A stretch of 11,110 nucleotides of DNA from a virus (Duplodnaviria; Heunggongvirae; Uroviricota; Caudoviricetes), in the IMG/VR virus record IMGVR_UViG_3300014970_000061. One strand, given 5' to 3'. Positions 1-7,407 of the stretch are shown here, in pieces. The position numbers and the translations under genes were made by a program. The notes under the pieces were generated by a model that was not told the DNA's origin, ran no database searches, and was given only the letters and a program-made list of their open reading frames with translations. How positions within the stretch are numbered: position 1 is the first letter of the stretch; each line of letters opens with the position of its first letter.

Positions 1-60
1 ATGCCATTATTATATTTAAACACTAGAGAGTGTCGTTGGTATTTAATGGGGGAAGGTGAG

Positions 61-378
61 ATGAAAAAGATAGCTGCTATATCATTAATTAGTATTTTTA
101 TTATGTCTGGTTGTGCTGTGCATAATGATGAGACAAGTATCGGTAAATTTGGTCTTGCATATAAAAGTAATATTCAGCGTAAACTCGATAATCAATACTA
201 CACCGAAGCCGAAGCTTCTTTAGCCAGGGGCAGAATATCTGGTGCAGAAAATATAGTAAAAAATGATGCAGCCCATTTCTGTGTTACTCAGGGCAAAAAA
301 ATGCAGATAGTTGACCTGAAGACAGAAGGTGCAGGATTACATGGCGTCGCTCGTCTGACATTCAAATGTGGAGAGTGA
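61..378 (+). CDS. Putative lipoprotein (flanking gene, probably outside the prophage)
   Basis: ATG at 61 preceded by GGAAGG (51-56). N-terminus MKKIAAISLISIFIMSGC has a basic n-region, hydrophobic core and lipobox-like MSGC. Lies left of the att core, AT-rich. Start at 61 preferred over the longer ORF-track start at 1. Confidence 0.55.
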   Translation: MKKIAAISLISIFIMSGCAVHNDETSIGKFGLAYKSNIQRKLDNQYYTEAEASLARGRISGAENIVKNDAAHFCVTQGKKMQIVDLKTEGAGLHGVARLTFKCGE

Positions 379-536
379 GAATATTTTTTGGTAAGCATCA
401 AACATGCGCGTTCTGGTTGTGCTTAGCCGGAACCTGTGCGAGCACGATGCCGTTACGTGAAAGGCATCGTGCTATGAAGGGAGATTCTATCGATGTGGTC
501 AATGGAAGACGGTGACCAGGGATAGGGCTTATGCAT

Positions 537-563
537 AAAAAATAAGCCCGTGTAAGGGAGATT
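537..563. other. Attachment-site core (attL of the prophage / attP-type core), aaaaaataagcccgtgtaagggagatt
   Basis: 27-bp sequence matches my recollection of the phage P2 attP core. It lies 80 bp beyond the integrase stop, where P2 places attP. Leftward sequence is not P2 ogr, consistent with a prophage-host junction. Confidence 0.55.
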
Positions 564-642
564 TAGGGTGTCACCAGTAGGGGCTTTCAACGGTACAATG
601 CGGGTTTGAGCGGCATAAATTACCACTGAAAGCCCTTAAACG

Positions 643-1656
643 TTACTCTACTGTGGACACTGTGTGGACACTCTCGGCTTCAGTACCACCTCTTAGCGGA
701 TTAAGAGAAATGGCGTCCTGAAGGTACTCTGGCGCAAAATGAGCGTAAACCATAGTTTGCTCAATCCGCGTGTGACCTAGTATCCGTTGTAGTGTGATAA
801 TACTTCCTCCATTAATCATGAAATGAGTGGCAAAGCTGTGCCTTAGTGCATGTGTGGCTTGCCCCGTTGGCAAATCCGGTTTTATTGCTTTCATTGTTCG
901 TCTGAAGCGAGGGTAATCAGCATCAGGGAATAAAAAACCTCGTTTGTTATCCGCGATCATTTTGGCAACAGCCTCTGAGATCGGGACGGTGCGTGGTTTG
1001 TTTGTTTTCGTTTTAACAAACGTGACGCGGTTATGGATGATATTTTCTGCTTTCAAACGAGCTGCTTCTCCCCAACGTGCTCCTGTACTCAGGCAAAGAA
1101 TCGCAATCTTTTTATTGTCGCCGTCAAGTGCTGCAAGCAGTAAGGCAATTTCTTCCTGTGTGAGATAGCCTGTTTCTGGTTTTTCCTCCTTAAGCCTCTT
1201 TGTCCCTCTGATAGGGTGCTCACCAAAGAATAACTCCGCTTCAATCAGGGCTGTAAACATGCCGCTAATACATGTTAAATCACGATTGATACTCGAAGGT
1301 TTAATACCCTGACTTCTTCGGGTGGCGCAGTACTGGCTGATAAGGGATTTCGTGATTTGAAATGCGCATGGGTCATTCGTTATTTTTGTGAAGATTTCAA
1401 TTTTTCCAAGATTAGATTTCCCATGCTCTTCGTGTTTACCCTTTAAATCCCACCAGATCTGTGTCAGTTCCGACAGACGTCGTTTGTCTGTTGGTTTTGA
1501 TAGCCATTCTTTATTGTGGTGGTTGTACAACGTGTATTTTTCGAAAGCGACAGCTTCGCTTTTCTTATCAAACTTCCTACGGATGCGTTTTCCGTTACGT
1601 CCAGTAGGGCGGATGTCCACTTCATATCGACCATCATCGAGTTTTTTGATTGCCAT
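643..1656 (-). CDS. int: Tyrosine recombinase, P2-type integrase (337 aa)
   Basis: ORF 643..1656 with ATG at 1656-1654 and GGAGGG 7 nt upstream. C-terminal catalytic region has HALRHSFATHF, LGH and MVYAH (tyrosine nucleophile region), typical of phage integrases. Position next to the att core. Confidence 0.95.
   Translation of the reverse strand: MAIKKLDDGRYEVDIRPTGRNGKRIRRKFDKKSEAVAFEKYTLYNHHNKEWLSKPTDKRRLSELTQIWWDLKGKHEEHGKSNLGKIEIFTKITNDPCAFQITKSLISQYCATRRSQGIKPSSINRDLTCISGMFTALIEAELFFGEHPIRGTKRLKEEKPETGYLTQEEIALLLAALDGDNKKIAILCLSTGARWGEAARLKAENIIHNRVTFVKTKTNKPRTVPISEAVAKMIADNKRGFLFPDADYPRFRRTMKAIKPDLPTGQATHALRHSFATHFMINGGSIITLQRILGHTRIEQTMVYAHFAPEYLQDAISLNPLRGGTEAESVHTVSTVE
652..671. promoter_or_regulatory. 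Direct repeat TGTGGACAC x2 at 11-bp spacing (candidate integrase arm-type binding sites)
   Basis: tgtggacac at 652-660 and 663-671, one helical turn apart, inside the 3' end of int on the int-proximal arm. A one-mismatch copy tgtggtca lies at 494-501 on the other side of the core. Confidence 0.4.
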
Positions 1657-1771
1657 CAGAAAACCCTCCGAGTGGTACTTTTTTTTGCTACTACTAATCG
1701 CTTTTTTCGTGGTGGCTGAAATTTAGCCACCAATAGTAGGCACTTGTGATGAATATATTCACGATAAATTG

Positions 1772-2071
1772 TTAACCAGTCTTTTGACCGGAGTGGGGCG
1801 ACGTTGTTTCGTTTTGCCCAAAGTGTGCGAGAGCGGGCGCAATTTGCCCGGCTTCTGGAGCTACCTGATCAGTCATGAACCACAAAGTATATTTAGTAAA
1901 TCTGGGATGTTGTAAGACCTTCATTATGGCTTCAACTCCAGCGTTTTTTGACCGGCTCTCATAGCTCGAAAGTGAGCTGTAGGCTACACCAGTTAATTCA
2001 CTGAATTCTTTACGGTTTAACCTTTCAGATTCACGGATTAGCTTCAACTTCTCCGAAACGTCTATTGACAT
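1772..2071 (-). CDS. C: Immunity repressor C (99 aa)
   Basis: Internal ATG at 2071-2069 gives exactly 99 aa (MSIDVSEKLKLIRESERLNRKEFSELTGVAYSS... contains a helix-turn-helix-like segment). GGAG 5 nt upstream. Divergent from cox and upstream of int as in P2. The ORF-track start at 2143 is rejected. Confidence 0.85.
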   Translation of the reverse strand: MSIDVSEKLKLIRESERLNRKEFSELTGVAYSSLSSYESRSKNAGVEAIMKVLQHPRFTKYTLWFMTDQVAPEAGQIAPALAHFGQNETTSPHSGQKTG

Positions 2072-2192
2072 AATTACTCCGATTGCGTAATTTCTTGCTG
2101 ATAGTGTGAAATATTGTGCTTCTGGAGTTATCCTTTTAGGCAATAATTAGCCATTAGGAGCCATTAGAAGCACTAAGGGAGAATCGTAGCAG
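2072..2192. promoter_or_regulatory. Lysis-lysogeny switch region between C and cox (expected face-to-face Pe/Pc promoters and operators)
   Basis: 121-bp divergent intergenic region. TTGACA at 2065-2070 followed 17 bp later by TAATTT (2088-2093), a possible rightward early promoter. Tandem 10-bp direct repeat tagccattag/gagccattag at 2148-2167. Exact promoter and operator positions are not resolved. Confidence 0.45.
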
Positions 2193-2468
2193 ATGAATAG
2201 ACAGCTTGTAAGCGTGACTGATGCCGTGCCTTATCAGGAGTTTGCAAAACTCATTGGTAAAACTCCAAGAGCTGTAAGGGGCATGATTGAGAAAGGGAAA
2301 TTACCAGTTATTGAGATTACTGACCCTCAGTCAGTATCGGGGCGTGCTGGTGAATATTGGGTATACCTTCCGGCATGGAATAACGGACTAAAACTGGCTT
2401 ATGAAAGCCGTCCTAAAGAGATTCGTGACGGCTGGTTGATGTGGTTAGGTCTCGGTGAACCACGTTAA
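2193..2468 (+). CDS. cox: Cox: excisionase / repressor of the lysogenic promoter (91 aa)
   Basis: ATG at 2193 with AAGGGAGA upstream. 91 aa, first gene of the rightward early operon, directly opposite C, as in P2. Confidence 0.85.
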   Translation: MNRQLVSVTDAVPYQEFAKLIGKTPRAVRGMIEKGKLPVIEITDPQSVSGRAGEYWVYLPAWNNGLKLAYESRPKEIRDGWLMWLGLGEPR

Positions 2469-2478
2469 GGAGAACCGT

Positions 2479-2649
2479 ATGAATGAGCCTCGTTGTATTG
2501 CTCAGTTATTGCGTAACGAAAGCCCCAGGGCGATTGACTTCACCATCACCCACGGTAAGGGGCGTAAGGGAATCATTATCCGCACCAAAAAACAGAGTCC
2601 GTTAAAAAAGGCTCTGACCTTTCTGAAAAGCCGGAGGGTCTGGAAATGA
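2479..2649 (+). CDS. Small early-operon protein (P2 orf78-like position), 56 aa
   Basis: ATG at 2479 with AAGGAG 6 nt upstream. The ORF-track start at 2455 is a GTG. Stop overlaps the B start (ATGA at 2646-2649). Confidence 0.55.
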   Translation: MNEPRCIAQLLRNESPRAIDFTITHGKGRKGIIIRTKKQSPLKKALTFLKSRRVWK

Positions 2650-3146
2650 CAGTGATGACGCTCAATCTCGTTGAAAAACAGCCAGCAGCTATGCGCCGGA
2701 TAATTGGTAAGCATCTGGCCGTCCCTCGCTGGCAGGAGACATGCGATTATTATAATCAGATGATGGAACGCGAACGGCTAACGGTTTGCTTTCATGCGCA
2801 GTTAAAACAGCGTCACGCAACGATGCGTTTTGAAGAAATGAACGACGTCGAACGTGAACGGCTGGTTTGTGCAATTGATGAATTGCGTGGGGCATTCTCA
2901 AAACGCCGTCAGGTTGGTGCAAGTGAGTATGCATATATTAGCTTTTTAACTGTCAGTCAGCGCCGTACTTTATTTATGCACGCACGACTGACAGAAAAAG
3001 AATTTAACCAGCCATACTGGCGAATTAATGAAGAATCATGTTACTGGCGTGATGCTTTATTCCGTGCATTACGTGAATTATTCAGCCTGTTTGAGTATGC
3101 ACCGACAATTCTGACGTCGGTAAAACCAGAGCAATATCTGCATTAA
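2646..3146 (+). CDS. B: Replication protein B (helicase-loader-like), 166 aa
   Basis: ATG at 2646 with GGAGGG 7 nt upstream. 166 aa, matching the P2 B length and position between cox and A. Confidence 0.8.
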   Translation: MTVMTLNLVEKQPAAMRRIIGKHLAVPRWQETCDYYNQMMERERLTVCFHAQLKQRHATMRFEEMNDVERERLVCAIDELRGAFSKRRQVGASEYAYISFLTVSQRRTLFMHARLTEKEFNQPYWRINEESCYWRDALFRALRELFSLFEYAPTILTSVKPEQYLH

Positions 3147-3209
3147 ATAATTAACCAGAGTTTTTAACGCACTTAATCGTGCGGGGCTTCTTTTTGCCTG
3201 GAGAAAGTC

Positions 3210-3434
3210 ATGCATACAGTTTCTGAAAACAAGTGCGGTAAATACGCATTACTGCTGCAACAGGCCAGAGCCGAAGCACAGGCCGACGCAGCGACACGCT
3301 TTTCTTCTCATCTTGACGCCATGATTCGCCATATCACAAAGGCGGAGTTATCCCGCGTGGAGATAGTCGAGCTGCTCAGTCAGGAGTCGGAAAAATTTCA
3401 CAATATCGGATTGTCTCGCGGGGAGGTGCTTTGA
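3210..3434 (+). CDS. Small early-operon protein (P2 orf80-like), 74 aa
   Basis: ATG at 3210 with GGAGA upstream. Stop overlaps the next start (TGATG). Confidence 0.6.
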   Translation: MHTVSENKCGKYALLLQQARAEAQADAATRFSSHLDAMIRHITKAELSRVEIVELLSQESEKFHNIGLSRGEVL

Positions 3435-3733
3435 TGTCCTGTTCTCATTCAGTTGTATTACTGAATAACGCCTTAAAAATCGCCGTTATGAAAAATGGCG
3501 ATTTGTCTCTTATTCAACTTGGTCTTGATAAAGAAAAACGCGACATAACTGAATCTGTTATCGCGATTTATCAGAATGAATTAAACCTCCTGTCTGATGT
3601 GGTCAATTTACTTGTTAAACGCGCTGTATTCCACAAGCAAATTTCCTCAGTGGATGAACTGACAAAATTAACGACAGAACTTGCCAGTTATTGCGCTGAT
3701 GTATCCAGGAAACTTAACGATAAAAGGAGCTGA
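3434..3733 (+). CDS. Small early-operon protein (P2 orf81-like), 99 aa from the ATG
   Basis: ATG at 3434 overlapping the upstream stop, with GGGAGGTG 6 nt upstream. The ORF-track start at 3431 is TTG. Confidence 0.6.
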   Translation: MSCSHSVVLLNNALKIAVMKNGDLSLIQLGLDKEKRDITESVIAIYQNELNLLSDVVNLLVKRAVFHKQISSVDELTKLTTELASYCADVSRKLNDKRS

Positions 3734-3735
3734 TA

Positions 3736-3960
3736 ATGCCGGACAACGTAGATTTTATTCAGGAACAACAGGCTGAATTACTGGAGCGCCAGATTAACGC
3801 GGCAAGGGTAAAACATTGCGGTGCTTCTGCGCTGGTTTGCGAAGAGTGTGACGCGCCAATACCTGCTGCCCGTCGTGCGGCTTACCCGTCAGCCACGCGT
3901 TGTGTTTCCTGTCAGTCAGTCTTTGAAGCAAAAAACAAACATTACCGGAGAACGGCATGA
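3736..3960 (+). CDS. TraR/DksA-family C4 zinc-finger protein (P2 orf82-like), 74 aa
   Basis: CEEC ... CVSC four-cysteine motif (CxxC-x17-CxxC) characteristic of TraR/DksA zinc fingers. AAGGAG RBS. Stop overlaps the next start (ATGA at 3957-3960). Confidence 0.7.
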   Translation: MPDNVDFIQEQQAELLERQINAARVKHCGASALVCEECDAPIPAARRAAYPSATRCVSCQSVFEAKNKHYRRTA

Positions 3961-4232
3961 GTATTCGTATTGAAATTGGCGAACGTTATGTCGTTACCAG
4001 TGACAGCTTTCAGTTTATTCTCCACGAGAAAAAGAGAGCGGAAAGCGGTAAAAACGCCGGTCAGGAATGGCTGGCGGTGGTTGGTTATTACCCGAAATTA
4101 AGCCAGCTCGTTTCCGGCCTGATGCATCACGATATTCTGACCGGAAGCGCAAAGTCTTTTGCTGATTTAAACGCGCAGGTTGAGCAACTCAGCAAGCGTT
4201 GTTCAGAGGCTTTTGGCTCATATGGCCGTTAA
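3957..4232 (+). CDS. Small early-operon protein (P2 orf83-like), 91 aa
   Basis: ATG at 3957, translationally coupled to the upstream gene. 3' end overlaps the A start by 11 nt. Confidence 0.6.
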   Translation: MSIRIEIGERYVVTSDSFQFILHEKKRAESGKNAGQEWLAVVGYYPKLSQLVSGLMHHDILTGSAKSFADLNAQVEQLSKRCSEAFGSYGR

Positions 4233-6507
4233 AGCCTCCGGGCGTTTTGTCCCTCCGTCAGCATTTGCCGCAGGCACCGGTAAGACGTTTACCGGTGCTT
4301 ATGCGTGGAACGCGCCACGCGAGGCTGTCGGGCGCGAAAGACCCCTTACACGTGACGAGATGCGTCAGGTGCAAGGTGTTTTATCCACGATTAACCGCCT
4401 GCCTTACTTTTTGCGCTCGCTGTTTACTTCACGCTATGACTACATCCGGCGCAATAAAAGCCTGGTGCACGGGTTTTATTTCCTCACATCCACTTTTCAG
4501 CGTCGTTTATGGCCGCGCATTGAGCGTGTGAATCAGCGCCATGAAATGAACACCGACGCGTCGTTGCTGTTTCTGGCAGAGCGCGACCAGTATGCGCGCC
4601 TGCCGGGGATGAATGACAAGGAGCTGAAAAAGTTTGCCGCCCGAATCTCATCGCAGCTTTTCATGATGTATGAGGAACTCTGCGATGCCTGGGTGGATGC
4701 GCATGGCGAAAAAGAATCGCTGTTTACGGATGAGGCGCAGGCTCACCTGTATGGTCATGTTGCTGGCGCTGCACGTGCTTTCAATATTTCCCCGCTTTAC
4801 TGGAGAAAATACCGTAAAGGACAGATGACCACGAGGCAGGCATATTCTGCCATTGCCCGTCTGTTTAACGATGAGTGGTGGACTCATCAGCTTAAAGGCC
4901 AGCGTATGCGCTGGCATGAAGCGTTACTGATAGCTGTCGGGGAGGTTAATAAAGACCGCTCACCTTATGCCAGTAAACACGCCATTCGTGATGTGCGTGC
5001 ACGCCGCCAGGCAAATCTGGAATTTCTTAAATCGTGTGACCTTGAAAACAGGGAAACCGGCGAGCGCATCGACCTTATCAGTAAGGTGATGGGCAGTATT
5101 TCTAATCCTGAAATTCGCCGGATGGAGCTGATGAACACCATTGCCGGTATTGAGCGTTACGCTGCCGCAGAGGGTGATGTGGGGATGTTTATCACGCTGA
5201 CCGCGCCGTCAAAGTATCACCCGACACGTCAGGTCGGAAAAGGCGAAAGTAAAACCGTCCAGCTAAATCACGGCTGGAACGATGAGGCATTTAATCCAAA
5301 GGATGCGCAGCGTTATCTCTGCCGTATCTGGAGCCTGATGCGCACGGCATTCAAGGATAATGATTTACAGGTCTACGGTTTGCGTGTCGTCGAGCCACAC
5401 CACGACGGAACGCCGCACTGGCATATGATGCTTTTTTGTAATCCACGCCAGCGTAACCAGATTATCGAAATCATGCGTCGCTATGCGCTCAAAGAGGATG
5501 GTGACGAAAGAGGAGCCGCGCGAAACCGTTTTCAGGCAAAGCACCTTAACCGGGGCGGTGCTGCGGGATATATCGCGAAATACATTTCAAAAAATATCGA
5601 CGGCTATGCACTGGATGGTCAGCTCGATAACGATACCGGTAAGCCGCTTAAAGATACTGCCGCGGCTGTTACCGCATGGGCGTCAACGTGGCGCATCCCG
5701 CAATTTAAAACGGTTGGACTGCCGACAATGGGGGCTTACCGTGAACTACGCAAATTGCCTCGCGGCGTCAGTATTGCTGATGAGTTTGACGAACGCGTCG
5801 AGGCTGCTCGCGCTGCCGCAGACAGTGGTGATTTTGCGTTGTATATCAGCGCGCAGGGTGGGGCAAATGTCCCGCGCGATTGTCAGACTGTCAGGGTTGC
5901 CCGTAGCCCGTCGGATGACGTTAACGAGTACGAGGAAGAAGTCGAGAGAGTGGTCGGCATTTACGCGCCGCATCTCGGCGCGCGTCATATTCATATCACC
6001 AGAACGACGGACTGGCGCATTGTGCCGAAAGTTCCGGTCGTTGAGCCTTTGACTTTAAAAAGCGGCATCGCCGCGCCTCGGAGTCCTGTCAATAACTGTG
6101 GAAAGCTCACCGGCAGTGATACTTCGTTACCGGCTCCCACACCTTATGAACATGCCGCAGCCGTGCTTAATCTGGTTGATGACGGTGTTATCGAATGGAA
6201 TGAGCCAGAGGTCGTGAGGGCGCTCAGAGGTGCATTAAAACACGAACTGAGAACACCAAATCGTCAGCAGAGAAACGGAAGCCCGTTAAAACCACATGAA
6301 ATAGCGCCATCGGCCAGACTGACCCGGTCGGAACGAACGCAAATTACCCGTATCCGCGTTGACCTTGCTCAGAACGGTATCAGGCCGCAGCGATGGGAGC
6401 TTGAGGCGCTGGCGCGTGGCGCGACCGTAAATTATGACGGGAAAAAATTCACGTATCCGGTCGCTGATGAGTGGCCGGGATTCTCAACAGTAATGGAGTG
6501 GACATAA
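4222..6507 (+). CDS. A: Replication initiator A, HUH-superfamily rolling-circle endonuclease (761 aa)
   Basis: Internal ATG at 4222 gives 761 aa, matching P2 A. HUH metal-binding motif in PHWHMMLF. Paired catalytic tyrosines in YIAKYISK, as in phiX174 gpA (YVAKYVNK). In P2 the origin lies within A, but I could not pinpoint it here. Confidence 0.9.
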   Translation: MAVKASGRFVPPSAFAAGTGKTFTGAYAWNAPREAVGRERPLTRDEMRQVQGVLSTINRLPYFLRSLFTSRYDYIRRNKSLVHGFYFLTSTFQRRLWPRIERVNQRHEMNTDASLLFLAERDQYARLPGMNDKELKKFAARISSQLFMMYEELCDAWVDAHGEKESLFTDEAQAHLYGHVAGAARAFNISPLYWRKYRKGQMTTRQAYSAIARLFNDEWWTHQLKGQRMRWHEALLIAVGEVNKDRSPYASKHAIRDVRARRQANLEFLKSCDLENRETGERIDLISKVMGSISNPEIRRMELMNTIAGIERYAAAEGDVGMFITLTAPSKYHPTRQVGKGESKTVQLNHGWNDEAFNPKDAQRYLCRIWSLMRTAFKDNDLQVYGLRVVEPHHDGTPHWHMMLFCNPRQRNQIIEIMRRYALKEDGDERGAARNRFQAKHLNRGGAAGYIAKYISKNIDGYALDGQLDNDTGKPLKDTAAAVTAWASTWRIPQFKTVGLPTMGAYRELRKLPRGVSIADEFDERVEAARAAADSGDFALYISAQGGANVPRDCQTVRVARSPSDDVNEYEEEVERVVGIYAPHLGARHIHITRTTDWRIVPKVPVVEPLTLKSGIAAPRSPVNNCGKLTGSDTSLPAPTPYEHAAAVLNLVDDGVIEWNEPEVVRALRGALKHELRTPNRQQRNGSPLKPHEIAPSARLTRSERTQITRIRVDLAQNGIRPQRWELEALARGATVNYDGKKFTYPVADEWPGFSTVMEWT

Positions 6508-6959
6508 TGGCAAAAATTCACGAGGTAAAGCTGCACGCAAAATATTTCGACCTTGTGCTGGAAGGAAAGAAACGTGCAGAGTTCCGGAAAAATGACCGTA
6601 ATTATGAGCGCGGGGACACGTTGATTTTGTATGAATGGGTGCAGGGTGTGTATACGGGGCGAAATGTTGAAGCCCGGATAACAGATGTTACTGACCTGTC
6701 AGACTGGCTGGAAGATTATGTCTTGCTAAGTATTGAGCTGCTTAATACAGGCGCATATGAGATTGTGAACTGGAAAGAACTTAGTGAGCGTGGCCTGGTA
6801 TTCAGAATTAATCATGAAATTATGCATCAGCTCGGCCTTGCTGTTATGTATGAACCAGAGACGGGGATGTCTGGCGGGGCAATGGTTGCCACGGATGGAG
6901 CATGGAACTATTCAGATGAACAGATGGAGCGTGCACAGCAAAACGGGTGGCTTGGATAA
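6507..6959 (+). CDS. DUF3850/ASCH-like (PUA-fold) protein (P2 orf91-like position), 150 aa
   Basis: ATG at 6507 overlapping the A stop (TAATG). N-terminal KIHEVKLHAKYFDLVLEGKKRAEFRKNDRNYERGDTLILYEW resembles the DUF3850/ASCH motif (RKNDR). Domain call is from memory. Confidence 0.65.
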   Translation: MAKIHEVKLHAKYFDLVLEGKKRAEFRKNDRNYERGDTLILYEWVQGVYTGRNVEARITDVTDLSDWLEDYVLLSIELLNTGAYEIVNWKELSERGLVFRINHEIMHQLGLAVMYEPETGMSGGAMVATDGAWNYSDEQMERAQQNGWLG

Positions 6960-7165
6960 TGCACAGAATACCAGGCGAGATACCGCACCATAAAACTAAA
7001 AATATCAAGCTGATGGCTATTGTTCAGCGTTTACAGCGGATTATGGTCAACGAAAATCTGACGCCCGATGAGCTGGTCGGGTGTGCCGAAATAGTCCGGG
7101 ATAATTACGGGCGGTTTAACCATATCGGTCAGTCCAGAGTTGCGCCACCACAACGCAGACGATAG
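6959..7165 (+). CDS. Small hypothetical protein, 68 aa, coupled to the upstream gene
   Basis: ATG at 6959 overlapping the upstream stop (TAATG). Basic C-terminus (PPQRRR). No recognisable domain. Last ORF before the AT-rich cargo. Confidence 0.4.
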   Translation: MHRIPGEIPHHKTKNIKLMAIVQRLQRIMVNENLTPDELVGCAEIVRDNYGRFNHIGQSRVAPPQRRR

Positions 7166-7339
7166 AGAACGCCGCCAGTCGTGAAACTTGTTTTCAGGGC
7201 TGGCGGGGTTGAATAACGAGTGTCGCGAGGCGTTAGTTTGAGCTTACAATTAAACCTATTGAAAATTAATGAGAAGTCAATTTTATCTTTTTCTCGTTAA
7301 AGATGGCCACAACTACTAAAACGTGAGAATATCAAGACT

Positions 7340-7407
7340 TGGCAAAATCTAGCTTTTCCCAACGGGGTGTTTCGCTATAATACGCGGTCGGTTTTTAGGA
7401 GGGGTCA
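7340..7407 (+). promoter_or_regulatory. Candidate sigma70 promoter and RBS for the methyltransferase gene
   Basis: Perfect -10 hexamer TATAAT at 7376-7381 with a weak -35 (cttttc region). AGGAGG at 7397-7402, 5 nt before the ATG at 7408. Confidence 0.35.

Noticed and set aside
1-60. Longer N-terminal extension of the lipoprotein ORF (start at position 1)
   Set aside because: It coincides with the window edge and would bury the signal peptide. The ATG at 61 has an RBS and yields a canonical lipoprotein N-terminus.
378-536. Possible tRNA gene at the integration site
   Set aside because: Many prophages integrate into tRNA genes, but I see no cloverleaf-compatible sequence or T-loop GTTCGAATC-type motif between the lipoprotein gene and the att core.
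944-1726. Plus-strand ORFs 944..1168, 1388..1726 and 1516..1719 from the ORF track
   Set aside because: They lie entirely antisense to the well-supported integrase gene, with no RBS or motifs; shadow ORFs.
2502-2934. Minus-strand ORFs 2502..2714 and 2689..2934
   Set aside because: Antisense to the orf78-like and B genes within a tightly coupled operon; no RBS; shadow ORFs.
3167-3200. Possible terminator or attenuator between B and the orf80-like gene
   Set aside because: Only a 5-bp stem (cgcac/gtgcg) with the T-run displaced 7 nt downstream; too weak to call.
4199-6052. ORFs 4199..4531 (+), 4648..4917 (-), 5483..6052 (+) and 5746..5994 (-) inside gene A
   Set aside because: Alternative-frame or antisense ORFs within the 761-aa A coding region, which has clear HUH and tyrosine motifs.
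6784-6993. Plus-strand ORF 6784..6993
   Set aside because: Out-of-frame overlap with the 3' end of the DUF3850-like gene; no independent start signals.
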